Shown here piece by piece: positions 37,804 to 47,200 of a DNA stretch of 61,981 nt. Each line of letters opens with the position of its first letter. Within the stretch, counting starts at the first letter, position 1. The DNA lies in contig LNEQ01000271.1 in the NCBI GenBank assembly GCA_001464995.1, forward strand, positions 1 through 61,981, read 5' to 3'. This DNA is from Actinobacteria bacterium Ga0077541 (GTDB lineage: Bacteria > Actinomycetota > Thermoleophilia > Miltoncostaeales > Miltoncostaeaceae). A program made the position numbers and the translations under genes. The notes beneath the pieces are model-generated. The model ran no database searches. It saw only the letters and a list, made by a program, of their open reading frames with translations, and was not told the origin of the DNA.

Positions 37804-38955
37804 ATGACGGAACGCGCGTACGACCTCGTCGTCATCGGCGTCGGCGGCATGGGTGCCGCGGTGATGTTCCACGCCGCCCGCCGCGGCATGCGGGTGCTCG
37901 GCATCGAGCGGTTCGACGCCGGCCACGACCGGGGCAGCTCCCACGGGGTCACGCGCATCCTGCGGCTCGGCGTCCACGAGGGCGCCGACTACGTGTCGTG
38001 GGCACAGCGGGCGCGCGACCTGTGGCTCGCGCTCGGCGACGAGGCGGGCGAGGTGCTGTTCCACCCTTGCGGCAGCGTCGACCTCGGCCCCCCGGACTCG
38101 GAGATCGTCCGCGGCTCGCGCGCGGCCTGCGAGGCGCGGGGCGTGCCCCACGAGGTGCTCGACGCCGCCGCGCTGCGCGAGCGCATCCCGGTGCTGAACC
38201 CGGACGACGACATGATCGGGGTGCTGCAGCCGGGCTCCGGGATGGTCGCCTGCGAGGCCTCCCTGATGGCCCACGTCGCGCTGGCGCGCGCCGCGGGCGC
38301 CGAGGTGCGTTGCGGGGAGGCGGTCGTCGGCTGGGAGGCCGACGGCGACGGGCACCGGATCGTCACCGAGGCCGGCGAGCACCGGGCCGCGGCCGTCGTG
38401 GTGACCGCCGGGGCGTGGGCCGGCGAGCTCGTGCCCGAGCTCGCGGGGCTGATCCGCGCCGAGCGGCAGGTGGTCGGCTGGTTCCATCCGGACGACCCGG
38501 CCGCCTTCGCGCCCGAGCGGATCCCCTGCTGGATCCTCGACGGTCCCCTCGGGCACTTCTACGGCCTGCCGGTCCATGGGATCCCCGGGTTCAAGCTGGC
38601 CCGGATGGCCCACGAGGAGGAGATCGACGACCTGGGCGCGCCCGTGAGGCCGCCCGAGGACGCCGACGTGGAGGACCTGCGCGCGGTGCTGCGGCGCTGG
38701 TTCCCCCGCGCCGACGGCCCGGTCGCGAGCCTCGCCACCTGCATCTTCGAGACCACCCCCGACCGCGACTTCATCATCGACCGGGTGCCCGGCCGGCAGG
38801 CGGCGTGGGTCGCGGCCGGCTTCAGCGGCCACGGCTACAAGTACTGCGGCGCGGTCGGCGAGGTGATGGCGGCGCTCGTCGCCGGTGATGCCCCGGCGCT
38901 CGACATGTCGGCCTTCGCGCTCGGGCGCTTCGCCGCCCTCGGCGCCGGCGCCTGA
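37804..38955 (+). CDS. solA: Monomeric sarcosine oxidase / N-methyl-L-tryptophan oxidase family flavoenzyme
   Basis: GVGGMG, GSSHG.TR, FAD-attachment Cys in ATCIFETTPD, GFSGHGYK. Confidence 0.85.
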   Translation: MTERAYDLVVIGVGGMGAAVMFHAARRGMRVLGIERFDAGHDRGSSHGVTRILRLGVHEGADYVSWAQRARDLWLALGDEAGEVLFHPCGSVDLGPPDSEIVRGSRAACEARGVPHEVLDAAALRERIPVLNPDDDMIGVLQPGSGMVACEASLMAHVALARAAGAEVRCGEAVVGWEADGDGHRIVTEAGEHRAAAVVVTAGAWAGELVPELAGLIRAERQVVGWFHPDDPAAFAPERIPCWILDGPLGHFYGLPVHGIPGFKLARMAHEEEIDDLGAPVRPPEDADVEDLRAVLRRWFPRADGPVASLATCIFETTPDRDFIIDRVPGRQAAWVAAGFSGHGYKYCGAVGEVMAALVAGDAPALDMSAFALGRFAALGAGA

Positions 38956-38957
38956 GG

Positions 38958-40292
38958 GTGGTCGCCGGGCTCGAGGACTACCTGGCGTACCTGCGCTTCC
39001 CGTCGGTCTCGGCCGATCCGGCCCGCGCGGGCGACATGCGCGACTGCGCCACCTGGCTCGCGGCGTGGCTGGCAGAGGCGGGTCTCGCGTCGGAGCTCGC
39101 CGAGACCGGCGGACCCCCCGTCGTGATCGCCTCCACACCGCGCCGGCACCCCCGCCGGGTGCTCCTGTACGGGCACTACGACGTGCAGCCCGAGGCCCCG
39201 GCCGAGGGATGGACGCACCCGCCCTTCGCGCCGCACGTCGCCGACGGCGTCGTCACCGCGCGCGGGGCCACCGACAACAAGGGCCAGACCATGGCTCTGC
39301 TGCTCGGACTGCGCGAGCTGATGGCCGGCGGGGGCCCGCCGGTGGACGTCGTCGTGGTGATCGAGGGGGAGGAGGAGATCGGCAGCCCCCGGCTGCCGGC
39401 CCTGCTGCGCGAGCGCGCGGCACAGCTCGCCGCCGACGTCGCGCTGGTCGCCGACACGAGCATGGTCGATCCCGGCGTGCCCTCCATCACCCTCGGGCTG
39501 CGGGGGATCTCCGTGCTCGAGGTGACCGTCTCCGGCCCCTCGGCCGACCTCCACTCGGGCCAGTACGGCGGCGCCGTCGCCAACCCGGCCACCGCCCTCG
39601 CGCGGCTGATCGCGGGCCTGCACGACGACGCCGGGCGGGTGGCCGTGCCCGGCTTCCACGACCGCGTGCTCCCGCCCTCCGATGCCGAGCGCGAGTCGTG
39701 GGCGGGCCTCGCCTACGGCGACGCCGACCTGCTGGCCGCGACCGGGTCGCCGGCGCTCGCGGGCGAGGCGGGATGGAGCGCGATCGAGCGCGTCTGGGCA
39801 CGGCCGACGGCCGAGGTCAACGGGCTCACCGCGGGCCACCAGGGCGCGGGCAGCAAGACCATCGTGCCCGCGACCGCGACCGCCAAGCTCAGCTTCCGCC
39901 TCGTCGCCGATCAGGACCCGGACGACGTCGCCGCGCTGGTGGCCCGTCATCTCCACGAGAGCTGCCCGGCGGGCGTGGAGTTGAACGTCCGCTACGACCA
40001 CGGCGGGCTCCCCTACCTGCTCGACGCCGCCTCGCCGGCGGTGGCGGCGACGCAGCGCGCCGTGATGCGGGTCACGGGGCGTCCGCCCGCGCTGGTGCGC
40101 GAGGGCCTGTCGGTTCCGATCGTCGCGCGCATCCGCGAGGTGCTGGGCATCGACACGATCCTGATCGGCCTCGGCATGCCCGACTGCCGGGCGCACTCAC
40201 CCGACGAGACCTTCCCGGTGGCCCATCTCGCGCTCGGCGCCGGCATCTGCCGGGAACTGCTCGCCGGGCTCGCCGCAGCGCCCCCCGCCTGA
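38958..40292 (+). CDS. M20 family dipeptidase
   Basis: YGHYDVQP, ARGATDNKG, EGEEE, DLHSG, AHSPDE. Confidence 0.88.
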   Translation: MVAGLEDYLAYLRFPSVSADPARAGDMRDCATWLAAWLAEAGLASELAETGGPPVVIASTPRRHPRRVLLYGHYDVQPEAPAEGWTHPPFAPHVADGVVTARGATDNKGQTMALLLGLRELMAGGGPPVDVVVVIEGEEEIGSPRLPALLRERAAQLAADVALVADTSMVDPGVPSITLGLRGISVLEVTVSGPSADLHSGQYGGAVANPATALARLIAGLHDDAGRVAVPGFHDRVLPPSDAERESWAGLAYGDADLLAATGSPALAGEAGWSAIERVWARPTAEVNGLTAGHQGAGSKTIVPATATAKLSFRLVADQDPDDVAALVARHLHESCPAGVELNVRYDHGGLPYLLDAASPAVAATQRAVMRVTGRPPALVREGLSVPIVARIREVLGIDTILIGLGMPDCRAHSPDETFPVAHLALGAGICRELLAGLAAAPPA

Positions 40293-40325
40293 CGACCCCG
40301 TGGGCCCGCCGGGGGGCGCGGGGCG

Positions 40326-41396
40326 TCAGCCGGCCCCGCCGGTGCCCTCGCCGTTGGTGGTGAAGAGCCCGAAGGCTCCCTTGGCATGGTCGTGGAAGTC
40401 GTGGGAGACGAAGGGGTAGGAGCCGTCCTCGTCGACCGTGAACTCCACCACCGCGCCCTGGCTCGGTGAGAGGTTGAGCGTCTGGCAGCCGCGGGTGAGG
40501 TTCTCGGGGTAGATGCCCTCGGCGTAGACCCGGTCGAAGAGGGCGCCGATCACGTGGAACGCCGACCAGCGGTTCGGCCCCGCGTTCTGGACGAAGACGC
40601 GCACGACCCGGTTCTTCCGGATCCTGATCGCGGCGTCGCCGGTGTACTGGTTGGCGTAGCCGTTGAAGACGACGAGTTCCGGATCGGCCCGCTGGAGGGC
40701 GGCGAAGTCGGAGGTCGCCCCGTTCATGCCGGGGTAGACGTCGGTCTGGACGATCACGAACTCCTGCGCGGGCGGCAGCAGCGACTCGTCGGCGGGGTCG
40801 ACGATGATCGTGCCGTACTGGCCCTGGCCGATGTGCAGCAGCACCGGCGGCACGCCGCAGTGGTACATGAAGACCCCGGGCACGCGGGCGACGAACGAGA
40901 AGGACGCCGACTCGCCGGGCGCCACCGGCCCGTAGTGGCGCGACCACGAGATCTTGGCCGCGTGGAAGTCCATCGAGTGCGGCAGCGTGCCGGTGTTGTG
41001 GAGGGTGAAGTCGATGCGGTCTCCCTCGGTGACCCGGATGACCGGGCCGGGCAGGGTCCCCTTCTCGCCCTTCATGGCGAAGCACCACGCCAGCATCGTG
41101 CGGTCCTCCGCGATCTCGAGCAGGTGCTCGTCCACCTCCATCTCGATCTTGTGGACCTTCGTGGTCGAGCGGGGCGGTGCGGCGGCGGGGAAGGTGACGT
41201 GCGGGTCGCGCGGCGCGACGACCGGGCCGTGGTCGACGACGGGCGTGGCCCCGTGCGCGTCCATCGCCGCGGTGCTCGCGGCCGCGACCGCCGCGTCCCC
41301 GCCGCCACCGCCGCAGGCGGACAGCCCGAGCGCGGCGAGCGGCCCGGCGACGGCGAGGCCGCCGATCATCTGCCGGCGGGTCAACTGTTCGAGCAT
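40326..41396 (-). CDS. nirK: Copper-containing nitrite reductase-like two-domain multicopper protein, Tat lipoprotein
   Basis: TRRQ Tat motif + LSAC lipobox; HSMDFH, YHC..H, SAFHVIG, YPFVSH. Confidence 0.78.
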   Translation of the reverse strand: MLEQLTRRQMIGGLAVAGPLAALGLSACGGGGGDAAVAAASTAAMDAHGATPVVDHGPVVAPRDPHVTFPAAAPPRSTTKVHKIEMEVDEHLLEIAEDRTMLAWCFAMKGEKGTLPGPVIRVTEGDRIDFTLHNTGTLPHSMDFHAAKISWSRHYGPVAPGESASFSFVARVPGVFMYHCGVPPVLLHIGQGQYGTIIVDPADESLLPPAQEFVIVQTDVYPGMNGATSDFAALQRADPELVVFNGYANQYTGDAAIRIRKNRVVRVFVQNAGPNRWSAFHVIGALFDRVYAEGIYPENLTRGCQTLNLSPSQGAVVEFTVDEDGSYPFVSHDFHDHAKGAFGLFTTNGEGTGGAG

Positions 41397-41648
41397 GTGG
41401 GCTCCGATCGCGATGTGGCCGCCACCGGGATGGCGCGGCGCGCTGGTGCGGCGAAGGTGACGACGCTACACCTATTACTGATCATGGGCGTCCGTAAATT
41501 CCACGGAGGGTGGCGGGCGCACGACCGAGGTCGCCGTCCGTCGTGTTCCGGGAGCCGTCCGCAGCATGTCCCTGTTATATTCTCGGACTGTATCCCTATT
41601 AAATGCCGGGACGTCCCGATCCGGGCGCCGACCCACCCCGAGAGGCCC

Positions 41649-42341
41649 GTGACCACCACCGCACCCGACGCCATCGATGCGCTGACACCGGTCCGCCACG
41701 CGCGGGCGGCGGCGCTCACCCGCCCCGCCGCGCACCGGATCGCGGCGGTGCTCGAGGAGGCGGAGGGCCCGATGACCGCCCAGGAGGTCGCCGACGCGCT
41801 CGGCCGCCACCACACCAGCGTCCGCGCCCAGCTCGCGGCACTCGAGGAGGCGGGGGTGGCCGAGGGCGTCACCGATCCCCCCAACGGACGCGGCCGGCCG
41901 GTGCGCCGGTACGTGCTCGCCGCGGATCCCGGCGACCGGGAGGCGATGGGGCACCGGGAGCTGGTGCGGCTGCTGATGGGCCTCGTCGGCCAGACGGGCC
42001 TCGGCGCCGGGGAGATGGAGCGCTTCGGCGAGGGGCAGGGGTGGGGCATCCCGGTCGAGGGCGGTGGCCTCGACGAGGTGCGGCTGGCGTTCGAGCGCCT
42101 CGGGTTCGGCCCGCGGGAGGAGCCCGGTCCCGCGCCCGCCGATCTCGTGCTGGCGCGGTGCCCGTTCGCCGACGGCGTCGAGGCGCCCGGGGGCGAGCTG
42201 ATCTGCGTCCTGCACCGGGGCCTCGCGCGCGGGATCGTCGCGCGCGCGGCGCCCGGGGTGGTCGTCACCGACCTGATCGCCCGGGATCCGCGCCGCGGCG
42301 GCTGTCGTCTGCTGCTGGAGGAGCGCCCGTGCCCACGCTGA
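41649..42341 (+). CDS. ArsR-like HTH regulator with Cys-rich domain (paralog of 16435..17205)
   Basis: HHTSVRAQL, GRGRP, GHRELVRLL, RCPF, ICVLHRG, GCRL. Confidence 0.8.
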   Translation: MTTTAPDAIDALTPVRHARAAALTRPAAHRIAAVLEEAEGPMTAQEVADALGRHHTSVRAQLAALEEAGVAEGVTDPPNGRGRPVRRYVLAADPGDREAMGHRELVRLLMGLVGQTGLGAGEMERFGEGQGWGIPVEGGGLDEVRLAFERLGFGPREEPGPAPADLVLARCPFADGVEAPGGELICVLHRGLARGIVARAAPGVVVTDLIARDPRRGGCRLLLEERPCPR

Positions 42342-42802
42342 GCCGCTGGTGCATCCGGGCCGCCCTGGCGTACCTGGTCGCCGGCATGGCGATGGGCTCG
42401 TGGATGCTGATCGTCCAGGCGCGGCGGGGCTACGGCCCGGGCGCGCCCTGGCCGGCGCTGCACGCGCACCTGCTCCTGGTGGGGTTCCTGCTGCTGGTCA
42501 TCTTCGGGGTCGCGTTCTGGATGTTCCCGAAGATCTCGGGCGGGCGACCGGGGGCCGAGGCCGGATGGCTGGCCTTCGGGCTGCTGAACGCCGGCCTGCT
42601 GCTGCGGGTGCTCGCCGAGCCGTTGGCCGACCGGGGTCGCGGGGCGGCCGCGTGGGACGTGCTGCTCGGGATCTCGGCGGTGCTGCCCGCCCTCGCGGCG
42701 GTCGCGTTCGCGGTCGCGATCTGGCCGCGGGTGCGGGGGGTCATGACCACCCCGCGGCGCCCCCCGCCCCCCGTCGACCCACCCTCCGAGGAGAGAGCAT
42801 GA
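42329..42802 (+). CDS. 4-TM membrane protein (heme-copper-oxidase/NnrS-like accessory)
   Basis: LHAHLLLVGF, GVAFWMFP, LLNAGLLLR. Confidence 0.65.
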   Translation: MPTLSRWCIRAALAYLVAGMAMGSWMLIVQARRGYGPGAPWPALHAHLLLVGFLLLVIFGVAFWMFPKISGGRPGAEAGWLAFGLLNAGLLLRVLAEPLADRGRGAAAWDVLLGISAVLPALAAVAFAVAIWPRVRGVMTTPRRPPPPVDPPSEERA

Positions 42803-43134
42803 GCCCGCCCTTCCAGGTCGAGCCGGATGTCGCCCGGTTCATCGAGATCCCCGACGCGGGGACGCTCAGCCGCACGTTGCACGCCGACGACGATGTGCGG
42901 GTGGTCGTGTTCGGCTTCGCCGCGGGCGAGGTGCTCTCGGAGCACACCGCCTCGCGCCCGGCCGTGATCCAGGTGATCCGCGGCGAGATGGAGCTGACGC
43001 TCGACGGCGAGACGGTCGCCGCCGGGCCGGGAGCCTGGATCCACATGACGGCGGGTCTGCGTCACGCCGTGCGCGCGGTCACGCCCGCGGTGATGCTGCT
43101 GACGCTGCTGCGGCCGGCCGGGCCGCCTGCGTAG
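42799..43134 (+). CDS. Cupin domain protein
   Basis: FGFAAGEVLSEHTA, HAVRA, MLLTLL. Confidence 0.85.
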   Translation: MSPPFQVEPDVARFIEIPDAGTLSRTLHADDDVRVVVFGFAAGEVLSEHTASRPAVIQVIRGEMELTLDGETVAAGPGAWIHMTAGLRHAVRAVTPAVMLLTLLRPAGPPA

Positions 43135-44400
43135 TCACCCCGCCGGCGCGCCGCTCCTGATCCAGCGGGGGCCGAGGAAGACGACGGAGATGATCGCGGC
43201 GAGCAGGCCGACCGCCGCGAAGCCCGCCGCGCCCAGGAGGAAGCCGGAGCCGAGCCCCCCGGTCGCGCCGGCGAGGCCGACCAGCAGGTCGGCGTTGCCC
43301 TGCGCCTGGGCGCGCCGGGCGATCGGCACCGCGTCGATGAGCAGGGCGCTGCCGGCCACCAGGCAGAAGCTCCAGCCGAGCCCGAGGAGGAAGAGGGCGA
43401 ACGTCAGCAACACGCTCGACGACGGATCGGCGGTGGCGGCGAGCACGCCCGACGCGGTGAGGATGGCGGCGCCGAGCCGCAGGGTGGTCATGCGGCCACG
43501 CCGGTCGCAGAGCAGGCCGACCAGCGGCGAGAACAGGTACATGCCGGCGATGTGGACGCTGATGGTCAGGCCGATCACGCTCAAGCCGTGGCCGTGGGCG
43601 CGCATGTGGACCGGGGTCATCGTCATCACACCCACCATCACCAGCTGCGCCGCCACCATCGCCGTGACGCCCGTCAGCGCGGTGCCGCGACCGATCTCCG
43701 ACCACCCGCCCCGGTGGGCGAGCGCCGGGCCGGGCGCCTCGCCGCTCGCGGCGTCGATCGCGCGGGCGAACAGCAGCGGATCGGGGCGCAGCGCGAGCAC
43801 GACCACCAGGGCCGCCGCACCGTAGGCGAGGGCGGCCAGGCCGAAGGGGCCCGACAGCTCGGGCAGGCCGATGGCCTCGGCGGCGGCGCCGGTCGCGTCG
43901 ATCAGGTTCGGCCCCGCGACCGCCCCGAAGGTGGTCGCGAACAGGATCGTGCTCACGGCGCGCCCACGCTGCAGCGGCAGTGCCAGGTCGGCGCCGGCGT
44001 AGCGGGCCAGCAGGCTGGCGGTGTTGCCCGCGCCGAAGAGGACCATCCCGGCGAGCAGCAGCGCGAAGCTGCCGAGCGCCGCCGCGACGACCACGATCAC
44101 CGAGCCGATGGCGCCCAGCAGGTAGCCGAGCGCGAGACCCGGCCGCCGGCCGCTCGCGTTCATCAGCCGCGACAGCGGGGGCGCGGCGATCGCCCCACCG
44201 GCCGTCGCGATGGCCAGGGGGAGTCCCGTCAGGCTGTCGCCGTCCAGCAGCTCGCGCGCGAGCAGCGCGCCGACGGCGACCCCGGCGGCGAGCCCGACGC
44301 CACCGAGCACCTGCGCCCCGACCAGCACCTTGAGCGTGCGCCGCTGGGCGGCATCGCGATCGGCCTGTCCGCGCTCCGGGCCATGACGGGTCTCGAGCAC
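43135..44400 (-). CDS. MFS transporter
   Basis: GRRPGL, ARYAGADL, MVGVMTMTP, HIAGMY; about 12 TM. Confidence 0.88.
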   Translation of the reverse strand: MLETRHGPERGQADRDAAQRRTLKVLVGAQVLGGVGLAAGVAVGALLARELLDGDSLTGLPLAIATAGGAIAAPPLSRLMNASGRRPGLALGYLLGAIGSVIVVVAAALGSFALLLAGMVLFGAGNTASLLARYAGADLALPLQRGRAVSTILFATTFGAVAGPNLIDATGAAAEAIGLPELSGPFGLAALAYGAAALVVVLALRPDPLLFARAIDAASGEAPGPALAHRGGWSEIGRGTALTGVTAMVAAQLVMVGVMTMTPVHMRAHGHGLSVIGLTISVHIAGMYLFSPLVGLLCDRRGRMTTLRLGAAILTASGVLAATADPSSSVLLTFALFLLGLGWSFCLVAGSALLIDAVPIARRAQAQGNADLLVGLAGATGGLGSGFLLGAAGFAAVGLLAAIISVVFLGPRWIRSGAPAG

Positions 44401-44528
44401 TCCCGCAGACTGCGGATCGGCACCGGCGGGCGCAAGGGTCCGCGCGGCTGAGCCGGCGTGCCGGCCGTGCCCACGATCTCAGTGCTGGCACCGTGGTCCC
44501 CGTGGGGTGTTGGTGAGAGGGTGCGCCG

Positions 44529-46547
44529 ATGAGGCCGACCGTCCGCCACCTCGCCTGGGCCGGGGCGATCCTGACCCTGCTCCTCATGCTCGGGGCGCTG
44601 GTGCTCGCCCGGACCGACGGGCCGCAGCAGGGCGACGTCGCGCCGGTCTACGCGGGGATCATCATCCTCCTCGCCGTGGCCGCCCCCTGCATCGTCGGCC
44701 TGGTGATCCTCCGTACCCGGCCGGGGAACCGGATCGGGACGATCCTCGTCCTCGGCCCCCTGCCGATCGCCGTCCTGGCGTTCTGCGAGTCGTACGCCAT
44801 CTGGGGCACCGCCGACGGCGGCGGCACCCTCCCGGCGCGCACGTGGCTCGGCGCGGTGGGCGCGTCCCTGTGGCCGGCGTTCTACGTGTGGCCCCTCGCG
44901 ATCGCGTTGCTGTTCCCGGACGGCCGTCTGCCGTCGCCGCGCTGGCGCCGGGCCGCGATCGCGACCTTCGCGGCGCCCGTGGTCGTCGTCGTCGGGATCC
45001 TGATCGGCCAGGAGTCGCTGACCGCCCCGCAGGGGTTCGGCTCCAACCCGTTCTTCCTCGACCCCCCGGACATCGTCGGCGTGGTCTTCTGGGCCGCCTG
45101 GCTCGTGATGTTCGCCGGGCTATTCGTCGGCACCGCCGCCGTGGTCGTGCGCTACCGGCGCGCGGGCGGCGTGGAGCGCCTGCAGCTGAAGTGGCTGGCA
45201 TGGTCGGCCGCGCTGGTCCCCCTCGGCCTGGTGGTGTGCCTCATCTCCTACGCCGTCGCGGACGAGCCGACGCTGATCGTGCCCCTGGTGCTCCTCGCGG
45301 CGGGGGTGGCGATCAGCGTCTCGGTGGGCATCGCCGTGACCCGGCACGGCCTGTACGAGATCGACCGGATCGTCAACCGCACCCTGGTCTACGTGGCGCT
45401 GACGGCCCTGCTCGGAGGCGCGTTCGCCGCGCTCATCCTGGTGGCGGGCGTGCTCGCGGGGCGGGGGTCGCCGATCGCCACTGCCGTCGCGACCCTGGCG
45501 GTGACGCTCGCCTTCCGGCCCCTCCGCGCCCGCGTGCAGAGCATGGTGGACCGGCGCTTCGCGCGCGCCCGCTACGAGGGGCTGCGCCGCATGCGCGCCT
45601 TCGAGGATGCCGTGCGCCGGGGGGAGGCCGAGCCGGAGGGCGTCGGTGGGGCGCTCGCCGCGGCCCTCGGAGACCCGGGTGCGGAGCTCTGGCTGCGCCT
45701 CCCCCAGAGCGAGGTCTACGCCGGGGTGGACGGGCGCCTGATCGGGGTGGACGAGCCCCCTGGCGACCGGGCGGCCACGCGGGTCGCGCCGCGCGGCGAG
45801 GAGCTGGCGGTCGTCGTGCACGACCCGTCCCTCCGCGAGCGCCCCGACCTCCTGCGCAGCGTCGTCTCGGCGGCCGCCCTCCCCGTCGAGCTCGCCCGGC
45901 TGCGCGTGGAGCTGCGCGTGCAGCTGGCCGAGGTCGAGGCTTCGCGGGCGCGCCTGGTGAACGCGGGCGACGAGGAGCGCCGGCGGCTGGAGCGCGATCT
46001 GCACGACGGCGCCCAGCAGCGGCTGGTGGGCCTCGGCGTCGCGCTGCGACGGATGCAGCGTTCGCTGCCGAAGGAGGCGCGCGTGCTGGTGCCCGCCCTC
46101 GACCAGGCGGTGCAGGAGGTGGGCAATGCGATCGCCGACCTGCGGACCATCGCCGCCGGCCTGCGCCCCCCGCGCCTGGACGACGGCCTCGCCGCCGCCC
46201 TCGGCGACCTCGCGCGCAGCGCCCCGCTGCCGGTGTCGGTCCGCGTGCAGGCCGAGGACCTGCCGGCCCCGATCGAGGTGGCCGCCTACTACGTGGTGTG
46301 CGAGGCGGTCACCAACGCGGTCAAGCACGGGCGCACGGCGACGCGGATCGACGTCGAGGCGGTTCGCGACGGCGGGCGCCTGAGGGTGCGGGTGGACGAC
46401 GACGGCGCCGGGGGCGCCGTGGCGCGGGCCGGAAGCGGCCTGAGCGGCATCGCCGACCGCGTCGGCGCGCACGGGGGCACGCTGCGCATCGAGAGCCCGC
46501 CGGGCGCGGGCACGCACCTGGTGATGGAGCTGCCGTGCGCATCGTGA
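44529..46547 (+). CDS. Membrane sensor histidine kinase (HisKA_3)
   Basis: Multi-TM N-terminus, ERDLHDGAQQ, EAVTNAVKH, DDGAGG, GSGL. Confidence 0.9.
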   Translation: MRPTVRHLAWAGAILTLLLMLGALVLARTDGPQQGDVAPVYAGIIILLAVAAPCIVGLVILRTRPGNRIGTILVLGPLPIAVLAFCESYAIWGTADGGGTLPARTWLGAVGASLWPAFYVWPLAIALLFPDGRLPSPRWRRAAIATFAAPVVVVVGILIGQESLTAPQGFGSNPFFLDPPDIVGVVFWAAWLVMFAGLFVGTAAVVVRYRRAGGVERLQLKWLAWSAALVPLGLVVCLISYAVADEPTLIVPLVLLAAGVAISVSVGIAVTRHGLYEIDRIVNRTLVYVALTALLGGAFAALILVAGVLAGRGSPIATAVATLAVTLAFRPLRARVQSMVDRRFARARYEGLRRMRAFEDAVRRGEAEPEGVGGALAAALGDPGAELWLRLPQSEVYAGVDGRLIGVDEPPGDRAATRVAPRGEELAVVVHDPSLRERPDLLRSVVSAAALPVELARLRVELRVQLAEVEASRARLVNAGDEERRRLERDLHDGAQQRLVGLGVALRRMQRSLPKEARVLVPALDQAVQEVGNAIADLRTIAAGLRPPRLDDGLAAALGDLARSAPLPVSVRVQAEDLPAPIEVAAYYVVCEAVTNAVKHGRTATRIDVEAVRDGGRLRVRVDDDGAGGAVARAGSGLSGIADRVGAHGGTLRIESPPGAGTHLVMELPCAS

Positions 46548-47200
46548 TCGCCGAGGACTCGGTGCTGCTGCGCGAGGGGATCGCCGGCCTGCTCACGGAC
46601 GCCGGTCACGAGGTCCGGGCCCGGGTCGGTGACGCCGGCGCGCTTCTGGCCGCGGTGGCCGAGCACGAGCCGGACCTCGCGGTGGTCGACGTGCGGATGC
46701 CGCCGAGCTTCGAGGACGAGGGGATGGTCGCCGCCGCCACGATCCGCGAGCGCCATCCCGGGAGCGGCGTCCTGGTGCTGTCCCAGCACATCGAGACGCG
46801 CCACGCGGTTCGGCTCGTGTCGGGCGGAGGGGGATTCGGCTACCTGCTGAAGGACCGCATCCTCGACGTCGACGACTTCCTCGACGCCTGCGCGCGCGTC
46901 GCGACGGGCGGCACCGCCCTCGACCCGGCGGTCGTCGCGACCCTCGTGGCGCCGCCCGTGGCGGTGGATCCGCTCGCCGCCCTCACGCCACGCGAGCGCG
47001 AGGTGCTCGCGCTGATGGCCGAGGGCCGCACGAACGCCGGCATCGCCCAGAAGCTCTGGCTGACCGAGAAGACGATCGAGACGCACGTCAGCGCGATCCT
47101 GCGCAAGCTCGGCCTGCCGGCGGGGGTGGAGGACCACCGGCGCGTGCTGGCGGTGCTCACCTTCCTGCGTGCGGGCGCGGCCGGCCCGGCCCAGGGGTAG
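46535..47200 (+). CDS. NarL/LuxR-type response regulator
   Basis: IAEDSVLLREG, DVRMPP, YLLK, LTPREREVL, HRRV. Confidence 0.92.
   Translation: MRIVIAEDSVLLREGIAGLLTDAGHEVRARVGDAGALLAAVAEHEPDLAVVDVRMPPSFEDEGMVAAATIRERHPGSGVLVLSQHIETRHAVRLVSGGGGFGYLLKDRILDVDDFLDACARVATGGTALDPAVVATLVAPPVAVDPLAALTPREREVLALMAEGRTNAGIAQKLWLTEKTIETHVSAILRKLGLPAGVEDHRRVLAVLTFLRAGAAGPAQG

Noticed and set aside
24120-38955. Interpretation as the standard creatinine degradation cluster
   Set aside because: No creatinine deaminase, creatininase or isochorismatase-type N-carbamoylsarcosine amidase in the window; two hydantoinase pairs and the GMA/NMG genes are not part of that route
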